Part shown: piece after piece, positions 1-11,468 of the stretch
Layout of the letters: each line of letters begins with the position of its first letter
Position numbering within the stretch: position 1 is the stretch's first letter
Origin: Eledone cirrhosa
Taxonomy: Eukaryota
NCBI GenBank assembly: GCA_964016885.1
Contig: OZ024742.1
Span: forward strand, 104,842,001 to 104,906,000
Direction: 5' to 3'
DNA length: 64,000 bases
Made by a program: the position numbers and the translations under genes
Notes under the pieces: generated by a model
Databases searched by the model: none
What the model was told of the DNA's origin: nothing
The model's input: only the letters and a program-made list of their open reading frames with translations

Positions 1-48
1 CAAGCAAAGAATATATATATATAAATACACATACACATACATAGAAAT

Positions 49-79
<31 letters not shown>

Positions 80-329
80 TAAATTACATACATTTCATTT
101 TTTTTTTCAAATATAGGGATTGGTTGTGAATGAGGTCATGATATTTGGGAGTGTGTTTCCTTATCTCTCTAGCCTCTCTATTCAGCAGAGGGCAGAATCA
201 CACTCGACTCATTTCTAAATCAGCAGGAATATAAGCACCACTTTGAAGCTGAGTCTTACTCTAGTTATCATCACTGGTTTGTTCCATCTCACTTCACCTT
301 CACTCAATGACAGAATTATGGGTGGGTGG

Positions 330-512
330 CAGAGGATTGGCAAAATCATTAGAGCATGGGACAAAATGATGTGTAGCTCAAATCCTACTTAAGTAAATTT
401 TTCCTTTCACTCTTGCAGGGTCAATAAAATAATGTACTTGTCATGTACTGAGTTGATGTGATTGGTTTTCCCTCTGCACAAGTTGTTGACCTTCTGCTTA
501 AATTAGAAATCA
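330..512 (+). mobile_element. Degenerate tRNA-derived Nin-type SINE
   Basis: Decayed match to the better copies at 24387 and 60200 (ctcaaatcc...cctttcactcttgcagggtcaataaaataatgtac...tagaaatcattat). Confidence 0.5.
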
Positions 513-1349
513 TTATGGTATATTTGCTTGTATATAAGGGTGTATGTGTATACATGTATGTATACTTATATTGTATGTATGTCATCACCATCATAGTTTA
601 ACATCTGTTCTTCTTGCTAGCAACAGTTGAACATGTGCTTGTAATTTTGTAGTTATGCTTGTGCATGTTATGCTTGTGCATGTGTGCATATGTAAATATA
701 AGTATGATGGAGTCATATTAGTGAAGTTTCAGCTTCTATTATCTGTCTGTGTTTATCTATCTACCTATCTACATGTATTTAGAACACTTTTATTTCTAAT
801 GCCAGATATATGTCTATATGGTTAAGAAGTTTGCCTTACAATAAGGTGGCTTTGGGTTTAATACCACTATGCTCATATATATGTGCATGTGTGTATAAAT
901 GCATATACACAGAAACACACACACATATATAAAAATACACATATGTATATGTGTATATATCATCATCTTTGTTTTTTTTTGTCAACTTTTCCATACTGAG
1001 GACGTTTTGAAGCAATATTTTACAGCTGGACGCCCTTCCGCATACCAACTCCTTTAATCCTTTCTAATACATAGGAATATGGTGTATATATTCTAAATTG
1101 TGTGGGGGTGGGGGTGGGGGGACGGGCTGAGAGAGCATCAAAACACTGCCCCATCATGGCTTCACACCAAAAAGTGAAATCAGTAAAAGAATAATTTTAC
1201 TCTTAAAAGAATATATTATATATAGATGCTATCATCACCACCATCAATTTACATGTTTTTTAATAATGGCATGGGTTGGGCTATGTACACACACACACAT
1301 GTTCATATATTCACATTTGGTTTTATAATTTACTATTTTCAAATCTAAC

Positions 1350-2290
1350 TTCAGGAAACCTGCCAGCCATTTGGTAACCTCTTCAACAGGTGAACACATA
1401 AGCCAGAGTGAATTCTTGCTTATTAAGAAATAGGATATAAATGTGAAACTCTTTCCAGGAGAAGATTGTACTTCTTTACTCTCCAACATAAGTTAGTAAT
1501 CAGAAAATCTCTGCATGGCATATTCAACTAGAGGGAGGAAGGAAAGAGGAGATAGACACATATGATATGGAGGGCAATTGGAAGTTCCTACATGACAATC
1601 TACTGCAGGTAATTAGAGATGGTGAAACAGTTCATGGATAGAGCCATTAAAGCTAAGAGACAGACATGGAAAAACTGGTAAGATGGAGGCAGCAAAGAAC
1701 AATATCAAGTAGCTAAAACAGAAGCTAGATGACAGGTTACATGTAAAGAAGATGAAAACAGGAGGTGTGTCAACATCCTGAGATGTGAAGATCAGAGAGG
1801 TGTGGTTTTCTGTATGGCCAAGCAATGTGTCAGTATGACTCAGGATGTCATTGGGGGAAAGTGTGTTCAAAATGACAATGATACATGTTTGTGAGACGAA
1901 GGCAGTGAATGCAGAGAATATGAAAATATTGAAGAATAATGAAGCGAGTATGCTTCAATGGATATGAGATGTTAATGTGTATGAATGATAAAGCATGGAT
2001 GAGCTGAGAGATAAATTGTGTATCATAGGAATCAGATTTGATGTGAAAGAGAGAAGACTGCACTGGTGTGGAGAGGTCATACATATGGATGAAGATCGTT
2101 GAGTGAAGAAGTGCCAAGCGATCTGCAGTAAAGGAAGACCTGGGCAGAGATAATGGGAGCTGATCTCAAAATGTTGAATCTCAGAGAAGATAGGACAAAG
2201 GAACACAACAAGTAGTGGGAGACTAAGATAAAAAAAAGACTCATCCAACACATGCAAGCATAAAAAGAAGGTATAAAAGGATGATTATGA
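1350..2290 (+). mobile_element. Highly degenerate, internally deleted RTE-clade LINE (APE remnant to RT C-terminus and 3' tail)
   Basis: FRKPASHLVT...VKLFPGEDC-like APE remnant near 1351. Decayed matches (gaatgaagcgagtatgcttcaatggatatg, agactgcactggtgtgga, ggaagacct) to the RTE at 39617. catgcaagcat tail followed by (GAT)n. Confidence 0.7.
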
Positions 2291-4080
2291 GAATGATAGA
2301 TGATGATGAGAGGAAGAAGGTGATGGTGATGATGATGATGATTCCACTTTTCAGTTAGGTTATTGCAATAGAAAACACTGCTAGTTACTATCAGAAATCT
2401 AAACATATATACATATATATATATATAGTGTGTGTGTGTATGTGTGTAATTGGAAAATGAGCTCTCCTCTGCTGGAGGTAATATTAATATCTTCTAATTG
2501 GCCATATTACTATTATTAAGAATCCACTAATGAGAGCTTGATGTTTGTGGTTTACCAGTTACATCTAAGTAGTTAAACCAGTTCTGCGTAATTTCATCAA
2601 ACAATTATCTAAGACCATTCTGGTTAGCTCTGTTTCAGCAATCTTGTGATATGGATAAACAATTGACTCCTATGACTATTCCAAAGTAGGATCTAAGCTT
2701 CAATTATTTATTATTCTTGCCACAGTTAACAGGCTGGCTTGGTTTCTTTGATGTCAAAAGATAGAGAGAGTATGCAAGACTTGGTTTATCATAGTAGTTG
2801 TTTATCTCCAATTCTGCCCTGAAGGAGCAGACTGACCTATGATCAAGGGTCATTCCAGACCATAACTGTCCCATTTTGCAATGACCATGAACACAACTCC
2901 TTCTTCCAAACTAATACATTAACAAATAAAAATATTCTCTTCCTTTTTAAAGACAATTGTAGGAAGGATGGTTTGAAGGCAGTTTGACTGTTTTTCTAGA
3001 AGAACGTGCAAGGATGTAGAAACTTACTTGTATGTATATATGTATGGACACAAACTCCTGGTGGAGTCATAGTGACACATAGTGAATCAAAGCCCTCCAG
3101 ATCTGGCTTTGCTTTTTGTCCTTTCTAATACCAGTCAGGTACTGGGGTCAATTTTTCCTCTATATCTCTCTCTCACTTTTGCTCACTCTTTTTCCTTCTC
3201 TGAAGAAATTGTCTGTGTCCAAACCTTGAGAGCTTTGGGCCCCACCAGGTTGAAATGCCCCAGTTATGCTATATGTCTTAATGGTACCCCTATGACACAA
3301 TAGGGAGTTAAGGGGCCACATTATGTCAATAATTGATTAGTTTTCTAGTATTTCTGTTAATCCATTTCAAAATCAAAATATGCTTAACATTCCTTATGAA
3401 TTGTCAAAGCACTAGGAGTGCTTGAAATTCGAAAATTTGAAAGTGTGAGCGTCCCAAATGCGGAAAATAACTGTAATAACAGTCAATCACTATAGATAAT
3501 AGCTGAGAAAATTGTGTAAATTACCCTGAGAGATGGGAAAAATTGAACAGAAGCACCTAGGCTCCAACATATACACACAAAAAAGAGGTATGATTTCATT
3601 TGATATTGTAAACTTTAATCAAGTTTTCTGCCTATCTACCACCACTCTTAACCTTTGTTTAACAGTATTATGATCATTTAGACATATCTATGCTCTAATA
3701 TTTATATAAAGAATCTTATCTGTTAACACTAAAGCTTTCAGACAATGTAAAGTATACTCTGAACAGCATTTTACATGTAAATATTTCTTTTTTTGCAACT
3801 CTTTCTTTCCTTCCTTCCTTCCTTCCATCTTTCTTTCCTTTTCTTTCACTTTGCTGTTTTAGTGTTTTGATCTTTTGTAATGATATAAGCAACATTTTGA
3901 TAGAAAACATGGGCAGAAGAGTTCCTTACTTAATGAAAACATCTCTTGAGATCAACCATAAATTTTGTCTTGCAATGAAGAAATACTAGTTAAGTGTTTC
4001 ACTCTTTCAATAACAAACAGCTAAATATCAAACTTGCCAGATTGGGCTATATGTAGTGGGTTACTCTACTTTTCAAGATT

Positions 4081-4400
4081 CATCATCATCATCATCACCT
4101 TTTTACGTCCGTTCTTCCATGCTAGCATGGGTTAGATGGGTTAGATGGGTTGTCTTGTTGTGGGCAGTGTCCGGTCAGCTGACCTTGTCTTGCTCATACG
4201 GGAACTGATTCTGGCTTGATTTCTACAGCTGGATGCCCTTCCTAACACCAACCTCATTTACAGTAAGCTGGGTACATTTATTTTTTACCGTGGCGCCTAC
4301 ACGTCCACTTTACAGTGTGTGATGGGTGCTTTTTTGCAGTGGCACCTCCACGACCACTTTGCAGTGGGAGGCTGTGGGGGCTTATTGTATATATGCTTCA
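4081..4400 (-). mobile_element. 3' UTR fragment of the RTE LINE (segment shared with SINE tail), (GAT)n end
   Basis: Near-identical to 39317-39618, which directly follows the RTE ORF stop. Confidence 0.8.
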
Positions 4401-4430
4401 GCTTCGGCTTGTACCTGGTTATATGCTTAT

Positions 4431-4475
<45 letters not shown>

Positions 4476-4476
<1 letters not shown>

Positions 4477-4688
4477 GAGGTAGTAGAGTGGGTAATAGGA
4501 ACCAGTAAGACCCCGACAGCTGAGCTCAAGCCGTTTCGACGGCTAATTCTGGACTGAATTAGCCGTCGAAACGGCTTGAGCTCAGCTGTCGGGGTCTTAC
4601 TGGTTCCTATTACCCACTCTACTACCTCAAGTATTGAGTACTTTGGTGCGTTATGGTCCACATGGTTCCTTACCACATTTCCTTCGTT
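4476..4688 (+). mobile_element. Fold-back element family A (Penelope-like/retrozyme terminus) in (TA)n
   Basis: Perfect 74-bp inverted repeat 4476-4549/4556-4629 plus a unique tail to 4688. Contains GAAAC-ggcttgagctcagct-GTC (hammerhead 3' half). (TA)n on both sides. Confidence 0.75.
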
Positions 4689-5623
4689 ATATATATATAT
4701 ATATATATATAAGAATGGCCATTTCCCTGAGGGGATCTGTGCCCTGTTTTCCTTTCTACATACTCTAGAACTATATATATATAAGGTCTTAATGTCAACT
4801 TGGCAAAGACTATAGTCCTATGTTTGACATGTCTCAACTTACTATCTAGTTTTAGAGACTTTTATGTGACTTATTTTTAATGAAATTAATCTGGCTAACC
4901 TGTTAAATACTGCCCTCCTCTAAGATTGTCTATTGGTTATAACTAATGCATTCATTAGCTTTAGATTACTGGCTTTTTGTTACCAGGAAACTCAATACTA
5001 TTCCTTGTTCTATGTAGTAACTTGTCCAGTACAACCCCTGGTCCTAAATAATAACCCATCAGAGACCACCTATGGCCTCATGTTTACTAATTCATCTAAT
5101 ACTACCTATATTTAAGTATTTTTGTTGTTTTTATTTTTTGTAAACTTTTTTATGCAGGGATGGGTTGGATGGGACTTTTTGAGACAATACTTTACAGCTG
5201 GATGCCCTTCTTGACACCAAGTCTTTTAGTCACTTCATACAACATACAGGGATATGGTGTATCTATTCTAAACTGGGTACACATGGCCTAAAATGTTTAT
5301 ATTCAAATGAAAATCCCATTATCACATGACAACAAATGATTCCAGTAGTTAAAAGTTGTAGCTTAATGCAAAAATTCCCTTAAGTTTCAAACACCTAGCA
5401 AGGAAGCCTCATTACTAGAAGCCTCATTGCTAGAAACAGCAACCAAATCTCATTCAAATCACAACATAATGCCTTAAGATCAAATTCATCCTTTCAATAG
5501 CAACCAAAAATCACTTCTGGTTCTGTGGAATAAAACCATCAATTTAGAGGTTCCTCTTCAAGTTAAAATCTTTCAACATAATTTTATATAAAAAGATTTT
5601 TATTATGTTACAAATACCATTTT

Positions 5624-5801
5624 AATAATTGTTCTACTTTAGGCACATGGCCAGCAATTACCCAGTGCATTACTGGTACTTTATTTTATCGACCCCGTAA
5701 GGATGAAAGGCAAAGTCAACCTCGGCGGGATTTGAACTCAGATCGTAAAGGGACGTAACTATGCTGGAAAGCATGGCGTCCGACCCTCTACCGATACTGC
5801 C
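5624..5801 (-). mobile_element. tRNA-derived Nin-type SINE
   Basis: Reverse complement of ggcagtatcggtagagggtcggacgcc...ctgagttcaaatcc (B box)...gactttgcctttcatccttacggggtcgataaaataaagtacc...aattatt. Many copies in window. Confidence 0.85.
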
Positions 5802-6054
5802 AATAATACCAACTTAATACCATTTTAATAATGGAAATAATTTAGTAAATCCATCAAAAGTCTTTATTATTAATTCAAATACAGTGTATTTTATCAGAGA
5901 TAGAGAAATGGAAGGGTTAAATAATGGGGTCTTACATACATAGCCATAAAAAGGATGGATGGTCACAGCTGGAATGGCAATGATTATGTCTACTGAATCA
6001 GGATTAATAAAGAATTACAATAAACCATCAATAAGTTGGTTCGGCTGCATGTAT

Positions 6055-6174
6055 GTGTGTATGATTGTGTGTGAGTGTGGTTGGTTGTGTGTGAGTAGTT
6101 CTGTGTGTGTGAGTGGTTCTGTGTGTGTGTGAGTGGTTCTCTGTTTGTGTATGAGTGGTTCTGTGTGTGTGAGT

Positions 6175-6217
<43 letters not shown>

Positions 6218-6365
6218 TGTGCATGTGTGAGTGGTTCTGTGTGTGTGTGTGTGATTCTGTGTGTGTGATTCTGTGTGTGTGATTGTGTGTGAGTGGTTCT
6301 GTGTATGTGTGTGATTATGTGTGTGAGTGCTTCTGTGTGTGATTGCGTGTGCATGTGTGTTTATG
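6055..6365. repeat. (TG)n-derived compound minisatellite (gtgagtggttctgtgtgt units)
   Basis: Direct inspection. Confidence 0.85.
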
Positions 6366-6509
6366 TGTGTCATATTAATGGCTGTGACATTCAAAAATAC
6401 CTGAACATCTCTGGCTGAAAATTACAGTATTCAACAATAAGATCAAAAAGTCAATTATGATGTTTAATAGCCAAGAAGTAATCAAGCAGGCTGTTCTCTA
6501 TCATTAACT

Positions 6510-6561
6510 GTGGTGATGGTGGTGGTGGTGGTGTTGGTGTTGGTGGTGGTGGTGGTGGTGG

Positions 6562-6619
<58 letters not shown>

Positions 6620-6627
6620 GGTGGTGG

Positions 6628-6697
<70 letters not shown>

Positions 6698-7076
6698 GGT
6701 GGTGGTGGTGTGGGTAGTGGTATTGTTGTAGTGTTGGTTGTGGTGTTAATATTGTTGTTGTTGGTGGTGGTGATGGTGGTGTTAATGGTGGTGGTGGTGG
6801 TGGTGGTGGTGGTGGTGGTTGTTGTTGTTGGTGGTGGTGGTGGTGGTTGTGGTGGTGGTGGTGGTGGTGGTGGTGTTGGTGGTGTTGTTGGTGGTGGTGG
6901 TGGTAGTGGTGGTGGTGTTGGTAGTGGTGGTGGTGGTGGTGGTGGTGGTGGTGGTGGTGGTGGTGGTGGTGGTGTTGTTGTTGGTGGTGGTAGTTGTGGT
7001 AGTGGTGGTAGTGGTGGTGATGGTGGTGTTGTTTGTGGTGGTGGTGGAGGTTGTGGTGGTGGTGGTAGTGGTGGTG

Positions 7077-7108
<32 letters not shown>

Positions 7109-7199
7109 GGTAGTGGTGGTGGTGGTGGTTGTGGTGTTGTTGTTGGTGGTGGTGGTGGTAGTGGTAGTGGTGGTAGTGTTGTTGTTGTTGTTGTTGTTG

Positions 7200-7246
<47 letters not shown>

Positions 7247-7485
7247 GGTAGTGGTGGTGGTGGTGGTGGTGTTGTTGTTGTTGGTGGTGGTGGTAGTGGT
7301 GGTGGTGGTGGTAGTGGTGGTAGTGGTGGTGTTGTTGTTGTTGTTGGTGGTGGTGGTGAGGGTGGTAGTGGTGGTAGTGGTGGTGTTGTTGTTGTTGGTG
7401 GTGGTGGTAGTGGTGGTGGTGGTGGTGGTGATAGTGGTGGTGGTGGTGTTGCTGTTGTTGTTGTTGTTGGTGGTGGTGATGGTGG
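6510..7485. repeat. Compound trinucleotide microsatellite (GGT/GTT/AGT)n, about 1 kb
   Basis: Direct inspection. Explains the poly-V/G/L/T ORFs. Confidence 0.95.
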
Positions 7486-7719
7486 ACTCTATCATTAATA
7501 CTGTGGTGGTGGTGGATGGTAGGAGTGGCTTCTATTGATTCAAGTTAACAGTTTACCATAGACAAAATGAGAAAGAATAAAACAAACACACACATGCACA
7601 CACTTACATGCACATATGCACACATACATGTGTATATGCACACATACATGTGTATAGGCACTCACCTATGTAAACATACATGTGAAAACCACAAATGTAA
7701 TAAACACATAAACACACTC

Positions 7720-8215
7720 ATATACCAACAGACACATATACCAACACACACATACACACATACAAACACACACATATACCAACAGATACATATACCAACA
7801 GATACATATACCAACAGATACATATACCAACAGATACATATACCAACAGATACATATACCAACAGACATATATACCAACAGATACATATACCAACAGATA
7901 CATATACCAACAGATACATATACCAACAGATACATATACCAACAGATACATATACCAACAGATACATATACCAACAGATACATATACCAACAGATACATA
8001 TACCAACAGATACATATACCAACAGATACATATACCAACAGACATATATACCAACAGACATATATACCAACAGATACATATACCAAGACACACATATACC
8101 AACAGATACATATACCAACAGATACATATACCAACAGACATATATACCAACAGACATATATACCAACAGATACATATACCAAGACACACATATACAAACA
8201 CACACATATACCAAC
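7720..8215. repeat. 16-bp minisatellite (ataccaacagatacat)n
   Basis: Direct inspection, about 30 units. Confidence 0.95.
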
Positions 8216-8997
8216 ACACACATATAACAAACATACACATATATAAACACACATATAACAAACATACACATATACAAACACATACATATACAAACACATA
8301 CATATACAAACACATATATATGCACACATATCATCATCATCATCGATTAACATCTATCTTCCATGCTAGCATGCGTTAGACGGGTCCCATTTAGAAGCAA
8401 GTTGGGTTGAGTGACCACGTCTCGCTTATATAGGAATGTTTCTGGCTGGTTTTCTATGGCTGGATGCCCTTCCTAATGCCAACCACATTGACAGTGTGTG
8501 CTGGGGGAGGTCTTCTGTATTACTGTGTATCGCCAGAGATCCCTTAGAGAGGTGCAATGCGGCACATATACACACTCACACACACACACACACATACACA
8601 TATGTAAGCAAGCATGTAAAACACTCACAAATGCATAAACACACAAATACACCTATGCAAACACATACATATGCAAACACATACCCAGACAAAAGCAAGA
8701 GGACAAAATAAACATACACATACGCACATATACACACACATCATCATCATCATCATCATCATTTTACGTCCGCTTTTCCCTGCTTGCAAGGGTGGGACAT
8801 ACACCTGAAAACCCACAAATGTATAAACACATAGAAATACATACCAACACATATACAAATACCTACACACACACATACACACATATACTTCTATGCACTC
8901 TTTGCCTTTACTCGTCTTTCCCTGTATCAGTCTTATCTTTAGCTATTGGATATTCAACATTTCATCTCACATATATACACACACTATATATATATAT

Positions 8998-9193
8998 AAC
9001 GAAGGAAATGTGGTAAGGAACCAGGTGGACCATAACGCACCAAAGTACTCAATACTTAGAGCAGTAGAGTGGGTAATAGGAACGAGTAGGACCCCGACGG
9101 CTGAGCTCAAGCCGTTTCGACGGCTAATTCTGCATCCAGAATTAGCCGTCGAAACGGCTTGAGCTCAGCCGTCGGGGTCCTACTCGTTCCTAT
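8998..9193 (-). mobile_element. Fold-back element family A, second copy
   Basis: Inverted repeat 9076-9132/9137-9193. Tail 8998-9075 is the reverse complement of 4612-4688 with few changes. Flanked by (TA)n. Confidence 0.75.
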
Positions 9194-9207
9194 ATATATA
9201 TATATAG

Positions 9208-9460
9208 ATCATCATCATCATCATCATCATCATCGTTTTACGTCCGTTCTTCCACGCTAGCATGGGTTAGACGGGTTGTCCTATTGTGGGCAGTGTCCGG
9301 TCGGCTGACCTTGTCTTGCTCATACAGGAACTGATTTGGCTTGATTTCTACAGCTGGATGCCCTTCTTAACACCAACCTCATTTACAGTGTGGGCTGGGT
9401 GCTTTTTTGCCATGGCACCTCCACGACCACTTTGCAGTGGGAGGATGTGGGGGCATATTT
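9208..9460 (-). mobile_element. RTE 3' UTR/SINE tail fragment
   Basis: Homologous to 39317-39610. An opposite-orientation fragment follows at about 9480-9648. Confidence 0.75.
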
Positions 9461-9709
9461 CTACATATATATATATATACTGTAAATGTGGTTGGTGTTA
9501 GGAAGGGCATCCAGCTGTAGAAAACCCGCCAGACAGTCCTATGCGAGCAAGACAACCACTCTTGCCTCAAGTGGGAAAACCCCCGTCCAAACCCATGCAA
9601 GCGTGGAACATGGACGTTAAACGATGATGATGATGATGATGATGATGATATATATATATATATACACATACACATACAGACGTATATATACACACACACA
9701 CACATGCAT

Positions 9710-9763
<54 letters not shown>

Positions 9764-10039
9764 AAAATACAAATATTAATAAAATAGAAGTTCTTTTGAT
9801 CAATTACATTTTATTATACATATTTCGGATGTACATACTCATTGAATATTGTTTAACATTTTAATATATATATATATAAAGATTTACATATACACAAACT
9901 AGATAAAGTCACAGATATATCTGTTTTAGCAACCATTCACGATGTGGCTCAATGATGAATTAATAAATTAAATAATCCGAGCAATATACTATAAAGTTTC
10001 TGGCGGGGATCACTTAAGAAAATTCTTTGTCCAAATGAG

Positions 10040-10125
10040 TTTGTTTCCTGATGAGTTCGAAGCTCGAGATTTTATCCTTGATAGGATATTTCCAAAAGCG
10101 AACGAAACCCTAAGGGTAAAAACGC
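10040..10125 (+). ncRNA. Type I hammerhead ribozyme motif
   Basis: CTGATGA 10048-10054. Stem II gttcg/cgaac enclosing a tatcct/aggata hairpin. GAAA 10104-10107. Stem III ccc-taa-ggg. GTA cleavage triplet 10116-10118. Stem I gttt/aaac with one mismatch next to the core. Confidence 0.75.
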
Positions 10126-10457
10126 AATCCTGGTATGTGTATATGCATTTTTTCTTCTAACTTTAATTTTATACCTAATTGTGTATAGTTGACGGTATAT
10201 TTAATCGATTTCCACATGCTATTGAAATGTTGGGTAAATATTCTATAGCGGTTGATCGCAAATAAATTGCTGTTGTTTATTTATCTACTATTTCTTCATA
10301 GGTGCCTATTAATCTTATAGCCTGGTTTAATTGATTTTTTGTGTGGTTGATTATGCTAATTGGGAGAGGAAATGGTGTATACATATTATCAAATGATTCT
10401 ATGGACATACTTTATAGTATATATATATATATACTCACACATATACATATATATACA

Positions 10458-10559
10458 CAGGGTGTCCCCTCAAAAATGTATACACATTTTGATTACCTGT
10501 ACTGGCAATATTTATTAGAATATTGTTGAAGTGTGTATACATTTTTTAGGGACGCCCTG
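10458..10559. mobile_element. Tc1/mariner-like MITE (about 100 bp)
   Basis: TIRs cagggtgtcccctcaaaaatgtatacac / gtgtatacattttttagggacgccctg. Second copy in opposite orientation at 32285-32385. Confidence 0.75.
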
Positions 10560-10612
<53 letters not shown>

Positions 10613-10804
10613 TTTCTGACTGAAGCCAGCGGATATGAGGCTAGAGGTATAAATTTAACTTTACATCATTAAACACTGTGTGTATACTTGTCTGCTTAGC
10701 TGAAACAATCCTGACTACGTAACTTTGTTATATTATCATTTTATTGTTCAATATTGTATATGATATATATACATATACATACATATATACATATGTATAC
10801 ATAT

Positions 10805-10837
<33 letters not shown>

Positions 10838-10934
10838 CCGGCTGAGGTTGAAGGAGCAGAATAGCGATCGCCCTCGGGTCCTCGATTTTCAGCCCCATGG
10901 ATTTTATCTATTACATTCACGTATTATATTTCGA

Positions 10935-10992
10935 ATACCTGATGATATCACCGGATTCATACGGAACCCGGTCATTGAAATGATCATAGTAT
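10935..10992 (+). ncRNA. Degenerate type I hammerhead ribozyme motif in a TA-flanked insert (about 10838-11040)
   Basis: atac-CTGATGA (10939). Stem II accgg/ccggt with mismatches at its base. GAAA-T-GATC-ATA (palindromic tetraloop, AUA site). gtat completes stem I, then AATAAA. Confidence 0.6.
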
Positions 10993-11106
10993 AATAAACC
11001 TTTCAAGGATTTACACAAATCCAGCCTCCTGTCATTTCATTATATATTTATGTATATATATATTCAATGATATTAAATAAATGAAAACTATATTTATAAA
11101 ACCATA

Positions 11107-11170
11107 TTTATTCTATTATATATATTTCAAGAGTACCAAAACTTTGGTACGCTCTCATCAGATAAAATAG
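11107..11170 (-). ncRNA. Type I hammerhead ribozyme motif
   Basis: Minus strand reads tattttat-CTGATGA-gagcgtaccaaagttttggtactctt-GAAA-T-ATAT-ATA-atagaata: 8-bp stem I, stem II, palindromic tetraloop and AUA site. Confidence 0.8.
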
Positions 11171-11320
11171 AAAGTTTGTTTTATAAATTTTGACATAACC
11201 AAGAAAAAATACCTTAACGGTTCAAGTTTTCCTTGGATAGACTATCCAAGGAAAAGTTGAAGCGTTAAGGTATTTTTTCTTGGTTTTGTCAAAATTTATA
11301 AAACAAACTTTCTATTTTAT
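11162..11320. repeat. 79-bp-arm palindrome 5' of the minus-strand hammerhead
   Basis: Centre ggatag-a-ctatcc at 11241, few mismatches, ends in (TA)n. Confidence 0.9.
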
Positions 11321-11415
11321 ATATATACATATATATATGTATACATATATATACATATATATGTATACATACATATACATATATAAAATGATGATGATGA
11401 TGATATACATAAATA

Positions 11416-11468
11416 TCTAGCTGTCGAAACAGCTGGAGCACAGACGGCGGGGTCCTGAATCTTTTCAT
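11416..11468 (+). mobile_element. Truncated family A fragment (hammerhead 3' half, no inversion)
   Basis: tctagctgtcGAAACagctggagcacagacggcggggtcctgaatc matches 42437-42484. Confidence 0.55.

Noticed and set aside
6510-7538. Glycine-rich or mucin-like ORFs
   Set aside because: Trinucleotide microsatellite open in multiple frames on both strands, with no splice or codon evidence.
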